Shown here in pieces: positions 39,258 to 48,251 of a stretch of DNA of 64,000 bases. A program made the position numbers and the translations under genes. The notes under the pieces were generated by a model. It saw nothing but the letters and a program-made list of their open reading frames with translations, did not search any database and was not told the DNA's origin. How positions within the stretch are numbered: position 1 is the first letter of the stretch; the number at the start of each line of letters is the position of its first letter. The DNA is from Chloroflexota bacterium. GTDB lineage: Bacteria > Chloroflexota > Dehalococcoidia > JACQUA01. Location of the stretch: contig JACQUA010000300.1 in NCBI GenBank assembly GCA_016210565.1, positions 264 through 64,263 on the forward strand, written 5' to 3'.

Positions 39258-39415
39258 GTCATTCTGAGCGTAAGCGAAGAATCCTTCGGGGTGGAGCGCC
39301 GGGCAAAAGACCCTTCGACTTCGCTCAGGGTGACAATGTCATTGAAAGCGTAAGCGAAGAATCCTTCGGGGTGGAGCGCCAGGCAAAAGACCCTTCGACA
39401 GGCTCAGGGTGACAA
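39258..39415 (+). repeat. two tandem ~78-bp copies of the GTCATTCTGAGCG...CTCAGGGTGACA element
   Basis: Copies span 39258-39336 and 39338-39415. The second ends 1 nt before the response-regulator ATG. Confidence 0.85.
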
Positions 39416-39416
39416 T

Positions 39417-40121
39417 ATGACCAAGCAAGCAACGATACTTATAGTTGACGACGACGTCAGGCTTCTCCGGTTTGTCCGGGCGAACCTGGAGTCGGTTGAT
39501 TACCGGGTCCTGGTGGCCGAGGAAGGGACGCAGGCCCTCGCGCTGATGGAAAAGGAAATGCCCGACCTGGCGATACTCGACATAATGTTGCCCGGCATGG
39601 ACGGCTTTGAGCTGTGCCGGCGCATCCGCGAGTTTTCCACGCTGCCCATTATCATGCTGACGGCCAAAGCAGAAGAATCGGACAAGATCAGGGGATTCAA
39701 GCTGGGGGCTGATGATTACCTGACGAAGCCCTTCAGCGCGCTGGAATTGCTGGCGCGGGTAGAAGCGGTGCTGAGACGGGCCAGGCTCCCCGAGGAACGC
39801 AAGAATACGGTGCTGACCATAGGGGAACTGAGCATCGATTTCGTACGCCGGCGGGTTACGATGGCGGGAAAGGAAGTGGACCTGACGCCGACCGAGTACA
39901 AGTTGCTCCAGCATCTGGCGAGCAATACAGGCAAGGTGATGCTGCACGAGGACCTGCTCACCAAGGTCTGGGGCGTCGAATACCGGGATGAGCTGGATTA
40001 CCTGCGCGCCTATATCCGCCGCCTGCGCCAAAAGATCGAAGCCGATCCTACCCATCCGGTCTATCTCCTGGCCAAGCCGGGAGTGGGCTATATCCTGGTC
40101 GCGCCTGCAAAGGGGGCGTAG
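39417..40121 (+). CDS. OmpR/PhoB-family response regulator
   Basis: The receiver domain has DDD...D(54)...K, plus a winged-helix output (LTPTEYKLLQHLA). The last codons KGA plus TAG lie in a repeat element. Confidence 0.9.
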   Translation: MTKQATILIVDDDVRLLRFVRANLESVDYRVLVAEEGTQALALMEKEMPDLAILDIMLPGMDGFELCRRIREFSTLPIIMLTAKAEESDKIRGFKLGADDYLTKPFSALELLARVEAVLRRARLPEERKNTVLTIGELSIDFVRRRVTMAGKEVDLTPTEYKLLQHLASNTGKVMLHEDLLTKVWGVEYRDELDYLRAYIRRLRQKIEADPTHPVYLLAKPGVGYILVAPAKGA

Positions 40122-40145
40122 CCGCAGGTCTTTAGCCTGCGGGGG
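40113..40145 (+). repeat. REP-like hairpin GGGGCGTAGCCGCAGGTCTTTAGCCTGCGGGGG
   Basis: It is identical over 33 nt to the reverse complement of 3468-3500. In both places it encodes the ...GA plus TAG end of the upstream gene. Confidence 0.9.
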
Positions 40146-40289
40146 AGGGGAGGGTTTATAAGGTTCCTAAGGTTAGAAGGTTGGAATGTTGGAAGGCCTG
40201 ATGATCGTATCCCTCTGAAAGCTACAGTTACAGCAGCGGGACGGGCCAGGCGTGGTGGTCAGGGCCTGCTTGCCTGCTCGGGCACTGGC

Positions 40290-40357
40290 GCGCCCTGTAA
40301 CAAACCTGTTACAGGGCGCCCAAGCGTGCTTGACAATGTGGTGCACGGTGGTAGAAT
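40290..40357 (+). promoter_or_regulatory. 12-bp-arm palindrome followed by an extended -10 sigma70-like promoter
   Basis: The palindrome is GCGCCCTGTAAC-aaacct-GTTACAGGGCGC (40290-40319). It is followed by TTGACA (40330-40335), a 16-nt spacer ending TGg, then TAGAAT (40352-40357). This lies ~55 nt upstream of the ATG at 40411. Confidence 0.55.
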
Positions 40358-40410
40358 GTGTCAACCTAGATTGATCTTGATGCTGAGTTCAGTCCTTGCA
40401 GGAGTACCGG

Positions 40411-42003
40411 ATGGATAAGTCGCTCTCAAGATGGGTATTGTTAATGACTTTGGCGCTGCTGGTGTTCGTGGTACCTTTACAGGGAGGGGTGGCCGCCGGG
40501 GATGAGCCTGCTACCCTGTGGACAAGGCAGTTTGGCACCAGCGGCTCTGATTATGTCACCGGAATTGCTGCCGGCGGCTCGGGTGTTACCTACGTCGTAG
40601 GTTCAACAACCGGCGTCTTCCCCGGGGAAAGCCTCCAGGGATTTCTTGGGGATGCCTTCATCCGCCGGTACGACAGCGCGGGGGTGCACCAGTGGACGAG
40701 GCAGTTTGGTGGCATTGCTACGAGTGGCGCGAGCGGGGTCGTCATCGACGGCTTGAGCAATGCCTATGTTGTGGGAAACACCGCGCCATCTCTACCCGGG
40801 CAAACCGGGTTGGGAGGCCTTGACGGGTTCATACGGAAATACAACACGGCCGGCCAGGAAGTCTGGACCAGGCAATTTGGTACCGGGGATCACGATTATG
40901 CCCGGGGAGTGGCGCTGGATGGCGACAGTGTTTACGTAGTGGGAGACACAGGATTTGTGTCCTACGGGGTGGCCGAATACGATTCCTTTATTCGGAAGTA
41001 TGATCTTTCCGGCGCTGGCTTTTGGGAATTCCGGTTTGCCGCCGATAAGGACAACTGGGCCTTCGCCGTAACTGCAGACGGCCAGGGTGGCATCTATGTG
41101 GTGGGAGATACATTCGATGGCTTCGGCCAGGGCGATGTCAAGGGGGGTTATCTACGGAAGTTCAATAGGGCCGGCTTCCCAATCTGGACCAGGATCTTTG
41201 GTGGCGTCAGCACGCATCCCCGGGCGGTGGCTGCGGACAGCTCCGGCAATGCCTACGTGGCAGGCTATGCCACTGATGGCGGCGGGATCGATGTCGCCTT
41301 TATCTGGAAGTTTGGTCCCCTGGGCGAGGAACTCTGGTCCCGGCAGTTCGGTACGGGTGCCGGCGCTACGATAAGCGGGGTGACGGTGGATGCCTCAAGT
41401 GTGTGGGTTGTAGGGTCCGCTACCGGCGCCTTGCTGTGGCAGACTGCGCACCTGGGCCTGGACGCTTTCATACGCCGCTATGATAGCGGCGGCAACGAAC
41501 TATGGACGAGGCAGTTCGGCACTGATTCCGATGATGTGGCCAGGGCAGTGTCTTATAATGGCAGCGGCCGCGTCCATGTGGTGGGTGAAACCGATGGTCT
41601 CCTCCCCGAACAAAACTCCGCGGGCGGCAGAGACGGCTTCATCATGAAACTCGGCGATCCGTCTGAACCCGATCCCACGCCGACCCCTACCCCGGGACCG
41701 GTTCCGTTGCCAACGCTGACCCCTACCCCCTCTGCGACGCCGACTCTCACCTTGACCGTAACGCCGACTCCGACCCCGGCTGCAATGCCAACCCCTACTC
41801 CTGCTCCTACGCCGGGTTTCTTGCTCGGAGATATCAACCGGGATGGGGTGGTGAATAACACTGACCTGGCTCTGCTGGGGGTGTCCTTCAACCTGCGTGC
41901 GGGGGATGCCGGCTACAATGCGAACGCCGACTTCAACCGGGATGGGATTGTGGATGTCTACGACCTGGTGGTGGTGGGGATGAATTTCGGCCGGACGCTG
42001 TAG
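40411..42003 (+). CDS. secreted SBBP beta-propeller repeat protein with Pro/Thr linker and C-terminal dockerin
   Basis: It has a signal peptide and about 9 repeats of W(T/S)RQFGT..D.A.GVA.D..G.VYVVG. The linker is PTPTPTP-rich. The dockerin duplicates are [12 protein letters not shown] and [12 protein letters not shown]. Confidence 0.8.
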   Translation: MDKSLSRWVLLMTLALLVFVVPLQGGVAAGDEPATLWTRQFGTSGSDYVTGIAAGGSGVTYVVGSTTGVFPGESLQGFLGDAFIRRYDSAGVHQWTRQFGGIATSGASGVVIDGLSNAYVVGNTAPSLPGQTGLGGLDGFIRKYNTAGQEVWTRQFGTGDHDYARGVALDGDSVYVVGDTGFVSYGVAEYDSFIRKYDLSGAGFWEFRFAADKDNWAFAVTADGQGGIYVVGDTFDGFGQGDVKGGYLRKFNRAGFPIWTRIFGGVSTHPRAVAADSSGNAYVAGYATDGGGIDVAFIWKFGPLGEELWSRQFGTGAGATISGVTVDASSVWVVGSATGALLWQTAHLGLDAFIRRYDSGGNELWTRQFGTDSDDVARAVSYNGSGRVHVVGETDGLLPEQNSAGGRDGFIMKLGDPSEPDPTPTPTPGPVPLPTLTPTPSATPTLTLTVTPTPTPAAMPTPTPAPTPGFLLGDINRDGVVNNTDLALLGVSFNLRAGDAGYNANADFNRDGIVDVYDLVVVGMNFGRTL

Positions 42004-42392
42004 CCCATCCCGCGCCGGGGTACCACAGGCCACCGTGTCTGTGAGGGATGAACCAGGCCGTTGTCAATATATCCTTGTCACTGACCCTTGGCCCCATGCG
42101 ACCCGGACCGGCCTGCTATCGTTTGTTAGCAGGACAAATTTGCCGTGTTCAAAATCCAGCGCGCACAGGCACGGCGGCCTGTGGTACCGGGTGGTGGGTT
42201 CGCACAGCCGCGTAGCCTCCTCGTCGCCCCGCTGTGCTTAACCCACCCTACGGTGCTGGAATTCCCTCGCCCCCTCCCCCGGAATGGTGGGTTACGCTTG
42301 CCATCCGGAGAGGCGCCGGGTTGTACTTCTTATCAAAGTCGGCCTGGCCAACCAGGGGCATGGCGTGTCGGCTCGCTTCACCCACCCTACTT
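41925..42392 (+). repeat. ~470-bp segment duplicated at 44190-44652
   Basis: It covers the dockerin 3' end, the stop codon, GTAC hairpins, CCGTTGTCAATATATC, and the GGTGGGTT...CACCCACCCTAC modules. Confidence 0.75.
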
Positions 42393-42523
42393 CGCCTACT
42401 TCGGCTGAGTTGCATTGACTGCCCGGGATGCCATTGACGCCAATGGTACAATATGTTCATGTTGTTTGTCGCCTGATACTTAGCAATTGGAGTTTCCAGT
42501 TCAACCGACTTAAGGAGTACGTC

Positions 42524-43159
42524 ATGAGTAAGAGAAGCTATCTCTATTTCCGGGTGCTGTTAGCGGCAGCTATCATGGGGGCCGCGGTGCTGGCGGGATG
42601 CAGCCCGATGCAGTCGGGACGCCCGGGTCCCGCCGCCGGGGTCGAGCCGGGTGGGGTCCCTCAGGAGGGCGTCAAAGTCCACGGACGATGGACAATCGAG
42701 GTAATGGATCCCAATGGCACAGTGGTCGAGCGCACCGAGTTTAACAACGCCCTGACGGACAGCGGGAAGTACACCCTGGCGTGGTTTCTGGGCCGGGCCA
42801 ACGGCGTGGGGCAATGGTTTGTCCGGGTCGAGACTTATAACATCGCCCCTCCGGTCACCATGACCAGCTACTATCTGCGTGAGGCCGCCAGCTCGCAGTC
42901 CGGCACTTATCAGTTTAAGACTTTGACGGTGGACGGCTCGGGCCCTCAGCTAACGCTGCGGGGCACGGCCACGGCTCAAACAAACCTGACGGTCAATGCG
43001 GTGCAGACTTTCGTGTGGGCGCCCGCGCCAACCGTGTCACCCTCTTCCAGTAGCGAAGGGGGTATGGACCGGGAGTTTACGTGGACTGTGCTGCCGGCTC
43101 CGGTGGCCGTGTCTGCCGGACAGCAGGTAGCCGTTACCGTTGTGATAAGTTTCTCGTAG
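42524..43159 (+). CDS. lipoprotein of unknown function
   Basis: AAGGAG precedes the ATG at 42524. The lipobox is VLAGC. I recognise no domain. Confidence 0.6.
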   Translation: MSKRSYLYFRVLLAAAIMGAAVLAGCSPMQSGRPGPAAGVEPGGVPQEGVKVHGRWTIEVMDPNGTVVERTEFNNALTDSGKYTLAWFLGRANGVGQWFVRVETYNIAPPVTMTSYYLREAASSQSGTYQFKTLTVDGSGPQLTLRGTATAQTNLTVNAVQTFVWAPAPTVSPSSSSEGGMDREFTWTVLPAPVAVSAGQQVAVTVVISFS

Positions 43160-43377
43160 GACCGGGGCCGGGACCACCTCGCTGCATCTGGCAAAATGTT
43201 GTCCGGGCTGTTGGGGAGTGTGCCGCTAAGGACGGCAATGAGATTGCTTCGAATGCCTCAGCCGGAGTCGCAACGGCGGGTTGGTCCGCGCTCTTTTGGT
43301 GAATCGGTGTTTGACGCTTTTGTCGTGGTCCAAAGACCGGAAGCGCGCAAGGTTTTGATCTTCAAAGGACTAACGTG

Positions 43378-44265
43378 ATGCCCGTGCGGGTCATGGTTGC
43401 CTGTCTGCTCGCGCTCCAGTTCATTTCCGCGGCCATCCCGGTCTCCGGCCTGGCCGGCGCCGACAACAGCGCGGTGGTGAATATCGTAGTGATGGAAGCG
43501 GTCGGGGTGGGCGATTTTCGCGGAACGAGGTTCCCGGCGCGCCCCGCGGGAGAAGCAGCCGGTGCGCCGCAGGCACCCCTGTCTGTCCCCCCTTCTCCGG
43601 CGTCAGCGAGCAAGCCGGCCCTAGCAACAGAGCAGCCGGGGACTCAGGCGGAGCCGCAGCCCGTCGGTGAACGCGTAGCCGTGGCCGATTCCTCCTCAGT
43701 TTTGCCGTCCGTTCCGGTCACCCTGAACGAGGCCGTTTCCGTCTGGGACTTGCCGCGCGCGCTTCTGCCGGTGCCGGTGACGGTCAACGAGGCTGTGGGC
43801 GTGGCGGACCTCCCGAGCGCCCTGCTGCCGGTCCCCGTGACGGTCAATGAGGCCGTGGGCGTGGCAGACCTCCCGAGATCCCTGCTGCTGGTCCCCGTGA
43901 CGGTGAATGAGGCTGTCGGCGTGTCGGACTTGCCGCGCGCCCTGGCGCCGGTCCCCGTGACGGTGAATGAGGCTGTCGGCGTGTCGGACTTGCCGCGCGC
44001 CCTGGCGCCGGTTCCTGTGATGGTCAATGAAGCGATCTCGGTGGCGGACCTGCCGGGCGCCCTGGTGGTCATACCGCCGCCGTTTTCGGGCGACGCCAAC
44101 AAGGACGGCAGGGTGGACGGCGCAGATCTGGCGCTGGTCCTGGCATCGTTCAACAGGCGCAGGGGAGCCCCAGGCTTCGATGCCAATGCCGACTTCAATG
44201 GCGATGGGATTGTGGATGTGTACGACCTGGCGGCGGTGGGGGTGAATTTCGTCCGGACGCCGTAG
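43378..44265 (+). CDS. secreted protein with six 20-aa tandem repeats and a C-terminal dockerin
   Basis: It has a signal peptide, the repeat VPVTVNEAVGV(A/S)DLPRAL(L/A)P x6, and dockerin DANKDGRVDGAD / [12 protein letters not shown]. Confidence 0.75.
   Translation: MPVRVMVACLLALQFISAAIPVSGLAGADNSAVVNIVVMEAVGVGDFRGTRFPARPAGEAAGAPQAPLSVPPSPASASKPALATEQPGTQAEPQPVGERVAVADSSSVLPSVPVTLNEAVSVWDLPRALLPVPVTVNEAVGVADLPSALLPVPVTVNEAVGVADLPRSLLLVPVTVNEAVGVSDLPRALAPVPVTVNEAVGVSDLPRALAPVPVMVNEAISVADLPGALVVIPPPFSGDANKDGRVDGADLALVLASFNRRRGAPGFDANADFNGDGIVDVYDLAAVGVNFVRTP
43711..44070 (+). repeat. six in-frame 60-bp tandem repeats (coding)
   Basis: Copies 4 and 5 look identical by eye. The period is 60 nt, equal to 20 aa. 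Confidence 0.9.
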
Positions 44266-44652
44266 GTAATGCCGCGCCGGGTACCACAGGCCTCCGTGCC
44301 TGTGCGCCGTGAACCAGACCGTTGTCAATATATCTTTGTCGTTGACCTTTACCCCCAGGCGCCCCGCATCGGGCCCTTGTCGATCGTCAGGATAACATAT
44401 ATCTGCCGTGTCCAAAATCCAGCTCTCACAGGCACGGAGGCCTGTGGTACCGGGTGGTGGGTTGGCACAGCCGCCCAGACTCCTCGTCGCCCCGGTGCGC
44501 TTGACCCACCCTACGGTGCTGGAATCCCATCGCCCCCTCCCGGGGATGGTGGGTTACGCTCGTGGTCCGGAGGTCCGCCGGGTTGTACTTCTTATCAACG
44601 TGTGTCAGGCCAACCAGGGCGTGGCGTGTCGGCTCGCTTCACCTACCCTACG
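44190..44652 (+). repeat. second copy of the ~470-bp duplicated segment
   Basis: It is collinear with 41925-42392. Its terminal CACCTACCCTACGG supplies the TAG stop of the convergent lyase gene (44650-44648). Confidence 0.75.
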
Positions 44653-47600
44653 GCTGATCAGGCAAGTCGAACAGGACATGATCACCGTCCCGCCGCAGGG
44701 GGACCGGGCGGCCGTTGACCACCGCCCCGGTCGCGGCGGGGGAGTAAACGCGCACCTGGGTGGCGGCTGTACTTGTTACCGTGGCGGTCAGGGCGTCGCC
44801 CGTGAAGGACAATTGCAGGGTGACGGGAGTGGCGCTGCTGAAAACCAATGTCTCTCGATGAGAGAAGCTGGTGGCATCGGCCAGGACCAGGGTTTGCGGA
44901 TTGTTCGCCGCATCCTGCCGGAGGTAAGCGACCACGGCATCGGTCCTGATTGCGTCGAAGGCGCGGGTCCCCCGAGGGCCTTCGGTCAACAACAATGTGT
45001 CGGTGAAGGCGCCGGGGGCGGCCACCCGCAAAGCCACCGGCGATCCGGCAGCCGGAGTGACCGAGAGCGCCTTAAACTCGGCGATACGGGGCGATGAATG
45101 ATACGGCTCAAAGGCGGCTGCAAAGGTCGTCTCGGTCCCCTGCCGCCGCGCCATTGCGAAGGGGACCGGCTGGTTGGTCTGGTCGATGCCGTTGCCGGTC
45201 ACCACGGTCGTGTCGCGGGCGGCCAGCACCGTCAAATCCAGCCGGGCCAGCACCTTTTCGAAATCCTCGACCACGAGGCGGCCCGCCGAGGGGAATGTCA
45301 GGGCAATGTCATCCACCAGCAGGTTTCCCGCCTGCCGGCCTCCGGCCGTGCGGTTGATCTGGAAGGCTACCTGGCTCACCGGTAGGTCCATGACGCCGTT
45401 GTCGTTGCCGTCGAAATTGGACCAGGTTCTGTCCACGGTCAGAGCCACCGTGCGCCAGCCCGTCCAGTCTATGGCGCCCACATTCTTCATGAACTTCTCT
45501 CCTGTGGCATCGATGATGCGCAGAGAGAGCCGGTTGTTCGAGCCATCGCCGAGGACCCTCGCTTCGACCCGGACCGGCGCCTCGTTCGGGAGGTTGCGCA
45601 GTTCCTTTGTGAGGTAGAAGGCATAAGCGTCAGTGGCCGGACCCCAGTCGTAGTCGAGTTTACCGGCCACGCCTCCGGAATCGCCGGTCGAGACGGTGAA
45701 TATGGCCTTAGCGTTGTCCCGGTTCTTCCAGACGCTGCCGTAAGCCTGCCCGGCGCTGCCGGTGTTCCAGGTGGCTTTCCAATCATCGTTGGTCGCCGCG
45801 CCCCGCGTTCCGGTGAGATACTGGTAGCCGCCGGCGCGGGGGAGACCTGAATAGGACGTGAGCGCCAGCGGCGTGGCGAGAGTCCCCCGGTTATGGTAGA
45901 CCCAGTCGAAGCGGTGCGGCCTGCCATCGAGACTCTCCGCCCGCGTAACGTCGAGCCAGTAATCCGGGGTGAGCGCCAGGGTGCGCGTCAGAGCGGCGCG
46001 GTTGGGGTAGGCAGGGCCGGCGTCCGCTGTTGCCAGGCCGAAGGCGGGTAATCCCACATAGAAGCGCAGGTTTCCCGTCGCCTCCGCCTGGTCCTGTTCA
46101 TCCACGACGATGGTATTGTGGGCGACGGTCGTTTTGTCCCAGCCCTCGTGCGAGTCTGCCGCGTAGGAGTGTGTACCCGGGTCCAGGGCGAGCTGGTGGT
46201 CCGCGGCGAAGGTCACGTAACCCAGTTTGTCGTAGTGTCCGTGCCAGCCGCCGTGGGGGCCGAATTTGAACGCCAGATAGCCGGGGTCTCGGGTGTCGCC
46301 GGCGCGCAGGACGGCATAGCCGGCTTTCGGCAGGAGCACGCTCGCCGGCGGGGGCGCCGCGCCGGCGGGGGGGAGCGTTTCGGCGCCCCATAGCAGGGCT
46401 TGCCACGGCCGGGCGCCTCTGGCCAGGAGAAACGCCATTCCGGGGTCGCGATAGCGGTTGTAGCCTGCTTCGTAAAACCAGTCATGTTTCAACACGCGCC
46501 CTGTGTCGTCATTGAAACGGGGCAGGGCCAGGTCCGGCATTGCCATCAAGAGCGGCGCCGTGAACATCGCCCTGAGGTTGCTTTGCGCGTAGGTGTTCAT
46601 GCCGGCGCGTTCCCCCATCTCGGCAAGGAGAAGCATCGGGTCCAATGTGTAGAAATGATAGCCCCATGAGCCTTCCCACCAGAACCCGTCGGCTGAGGCG
46701 CCGTCTTTGAGTTGTTTGAAGAATCCCCGGCCGGGGTCGTTGTAGGCATCGTTGACCAGGCCGGTGTCGTTCAGCGCAAAGCCGGCGATGGCGATCGCCG
46801 CATTGTGCCACGTCTGCCAGTTGCTCAGTCCGGCGCGATTATTCCGGATCACGGCAACCGCCGGCCGGAGCAGGTTGCTGGCGATGGCGGTGCGGTCGGC
46901 AGGGGACAGGGCGTCGCTCACCAGGTCGTAGGCCCAGGCGATATCTATCAACCAGTCAGATTCATCAAGAGTCTGAGCGTGTACCTTGCCGCCGCTTTTG
47001 CCCGGCTTGCCATCCTTGTCGTGCAGGGCATAGTTCGGATAGGCCAGGGCATAGGCGCGCAGAATTCCGGCAGCGTTGTCAGCATATTTGCGTTCCCCGG
47101 TGAGGGCATAGGCCAGGCCGGAGAAGCGGGCGTATTGGGCCAGCGCGTCATGCCGGCTGGCATAAATCACTTCGTCATACAGGGTGGGGTGGTTGGGCCA
47201 CTGCGGCGGAGTTGAGTAGTACTGCCCGGTGGTGGGAGAGAAATGCGGCGGCGAGCGGGCCGGCTCGTAACGTAACCGGAGGCCATCTGGACCCACGTAC
47301 CACAGCGACCACTGCCCACCGGCCGGCGGGAGGTTGGGTTGGGTGAGGCCGAAATCCCGCAGGTATTTTGAGGGCCAGTTATCGGCCTCCTGGACGATCC
47401 GGTCGCGGGCCTCGCGGGCCCAGGCTTGACTGGCCACCAGTTGTTTCATTCTGGTGATGTCTCCGGCATCGATAAGGGTGCGGGGCGGCGAGCGCTGCTG
47501 CCAGGGGCCGGCGGGCGTGATAGGCGGCGGCGCGGGAGTGGAAGTTGGTAGGGGTGAGGCTGGTGTCGCGGTGGGGGTTGGGGTGGTCTTCACGGGTGGA

Positions 47601-47896
47601 GACGGTTTCGGCTTTGGCTCTTGGGTGGCCGCGGAGGTGGGCGCCGGTGGGGACGGGGTGGCGGGCGCGACGGCCACGCTGGCCGCCGGCGTGGCTGCCG
47701 GCGTGGGTGACGGCCGGGGCGTCGGGGCGGGCGCCGGTGTTGCCAGAATCGTAGCTTCTGGAAGCCGTGCACCCTGGATGGCGGGCGTAGGGGTCGCTTC
47801 AGGTGCGGCGCAGGCGCTTACAAGCGCCAGCGCCAGTAGCCAGAAAGTCAGGCAACAGCGCTTCGGGCGCATCCAGTCTCTGAGTTCCATGTGCAT
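44648..47896 (-). CDS. heparinase II/III-like polysaccharide lyase lipoprotein with Pro/Thr-rich linker and C-terminal beta-sandwich domains
   Basis: The lipobox is LVSAC. It has an alginate-lyase-like alpha/alpha toroid region and the heparinase II/III block KFGPHGGWHGHYDKL...DPGTHSY. I chose the start MHMELRD at 47896. Confidence 0.75.
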   Translation of the reverse strand: MHMELRDWMRPKRCCLTFWLLALALVSACAAPEATPTPAIQGARLPEATILATPAPAPTPRPSPTPAATPAASVAVAPATPSPPAPTSAATQEPKPKPSPPVKTTPTPTATPASPLPTSTPAPPPITPAGPWQQRSPPRTLIDAGDITRMKQLVASQAWAREARDRIVQEADNWPSKYLRDFGLTQPNLPPAGGQWSLWYVGPDGLRLRYEPARSPPHFSPTTGQYYSTPPQWPNHPTLYDEVIYASRHDALAQYARFSGLAYALTGERKYADNAAGILRAYALAYPNYALHDKDGKPGKSGGKVHAQTLDESDWLIDIAWAYDLVSDALSPADRTAIASNLLRPAVAVIRNNRAGLSNWQTWHNAAIAIAGFALNDTGLVNDAYNDPGRGFFKQLKDGASADGFWWEGSWGYHFYTLDPMLLLAEMGERAGMNTYAQSNLRAMFTAPLLMAMPDLALPRFNDDTGRVLKHDWFYEAGYNRYRDPGMAFLLARGARPWQALLWGAETLPPAGAAPPPASVLLPKAGYAVLRAGDTRDPGYLAFKFGPHGGWHGHYDKLGYVTFAADHQLALDPGTHSYAADSHEGWDKTTVAHNTIVVDEQDQAEATGNLRFYVGLPAFGLATADAGPAYPNRAALTRTLALTPDYWLDVTRAESLDGRPHRFDWVYHNRGTLATPLALTSYSGLPRAGGYQYLTGTRGAATNDDWKATWNTGSAGQAYGSVWKNRDNAKAIFTVSTGDSGGVAGKLDYDWGPATDAYAFYLTKELRNLPNEAPVRVEARVLGDGSNNRLSLRIIDATGEKFMKNVGAIDWTGWRTVALTVDRTWSNFDGNDNGVMDLPVSQVAFQINRTAGGRQAGNLLVDDIALTFPSAGRLVVEDFEKVLARLDLTVLAARDTTVVTGNGIDQTNQPVPFAMARRQGTETTFAAAFEPYHSSPRIAEFKALSVTPAAGSPVALRVAAPGAFTDTLLLTEGPRGTRAFDAIRTDAVVAYLRQDAANNPQTLVLADATSFSHRETLVFSSATPVTLQLSFTGDALTATVTSTAATQVRVYSPAATGAVVNGRPVPLRRDGDHVLFDLPDQP

Positions 47897-48251
47897 ACGG
47901 TAGCACGTCTGTTGCCAATTGCCAAGTCCCCAGCCGTCCGGCCATCGTGGGCGTAGGGTGGGTGAAGCGCGCATGGCCAAACACGGGGAGAGAATCGTCG
48001 CTGTTGCGCGCGGAACCCACCGGTTGCCATGTCCCCCTCCGCGGAATGGTGGGTTGCGCTCGCGACTGGCGGAGATTCTGGCGCGTCCGCCTTATCGACG
48101 GATGCCCGGCCAACCAGGGTATGGAGTGTCGGTTCGCTTCACCCACCCTACGTGGCTTAACCCACTCTACGTGTCTCGCGGATGTCCAGGCAACCGGGGG
48201 ATTGCTTCGTCCCGACGAAATCGGGACTCGCAATGAAAGGCTATGTCCCTT

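Noticed and set aside
43644-44415. Minus-strand ORFs of 184 and 239 aa with repetitive sequence.
   Set aside because: They are antisense to the 60-bp tandem repeat coding region of the dockerin protein. Their periodicity simply mirrors that repeat.
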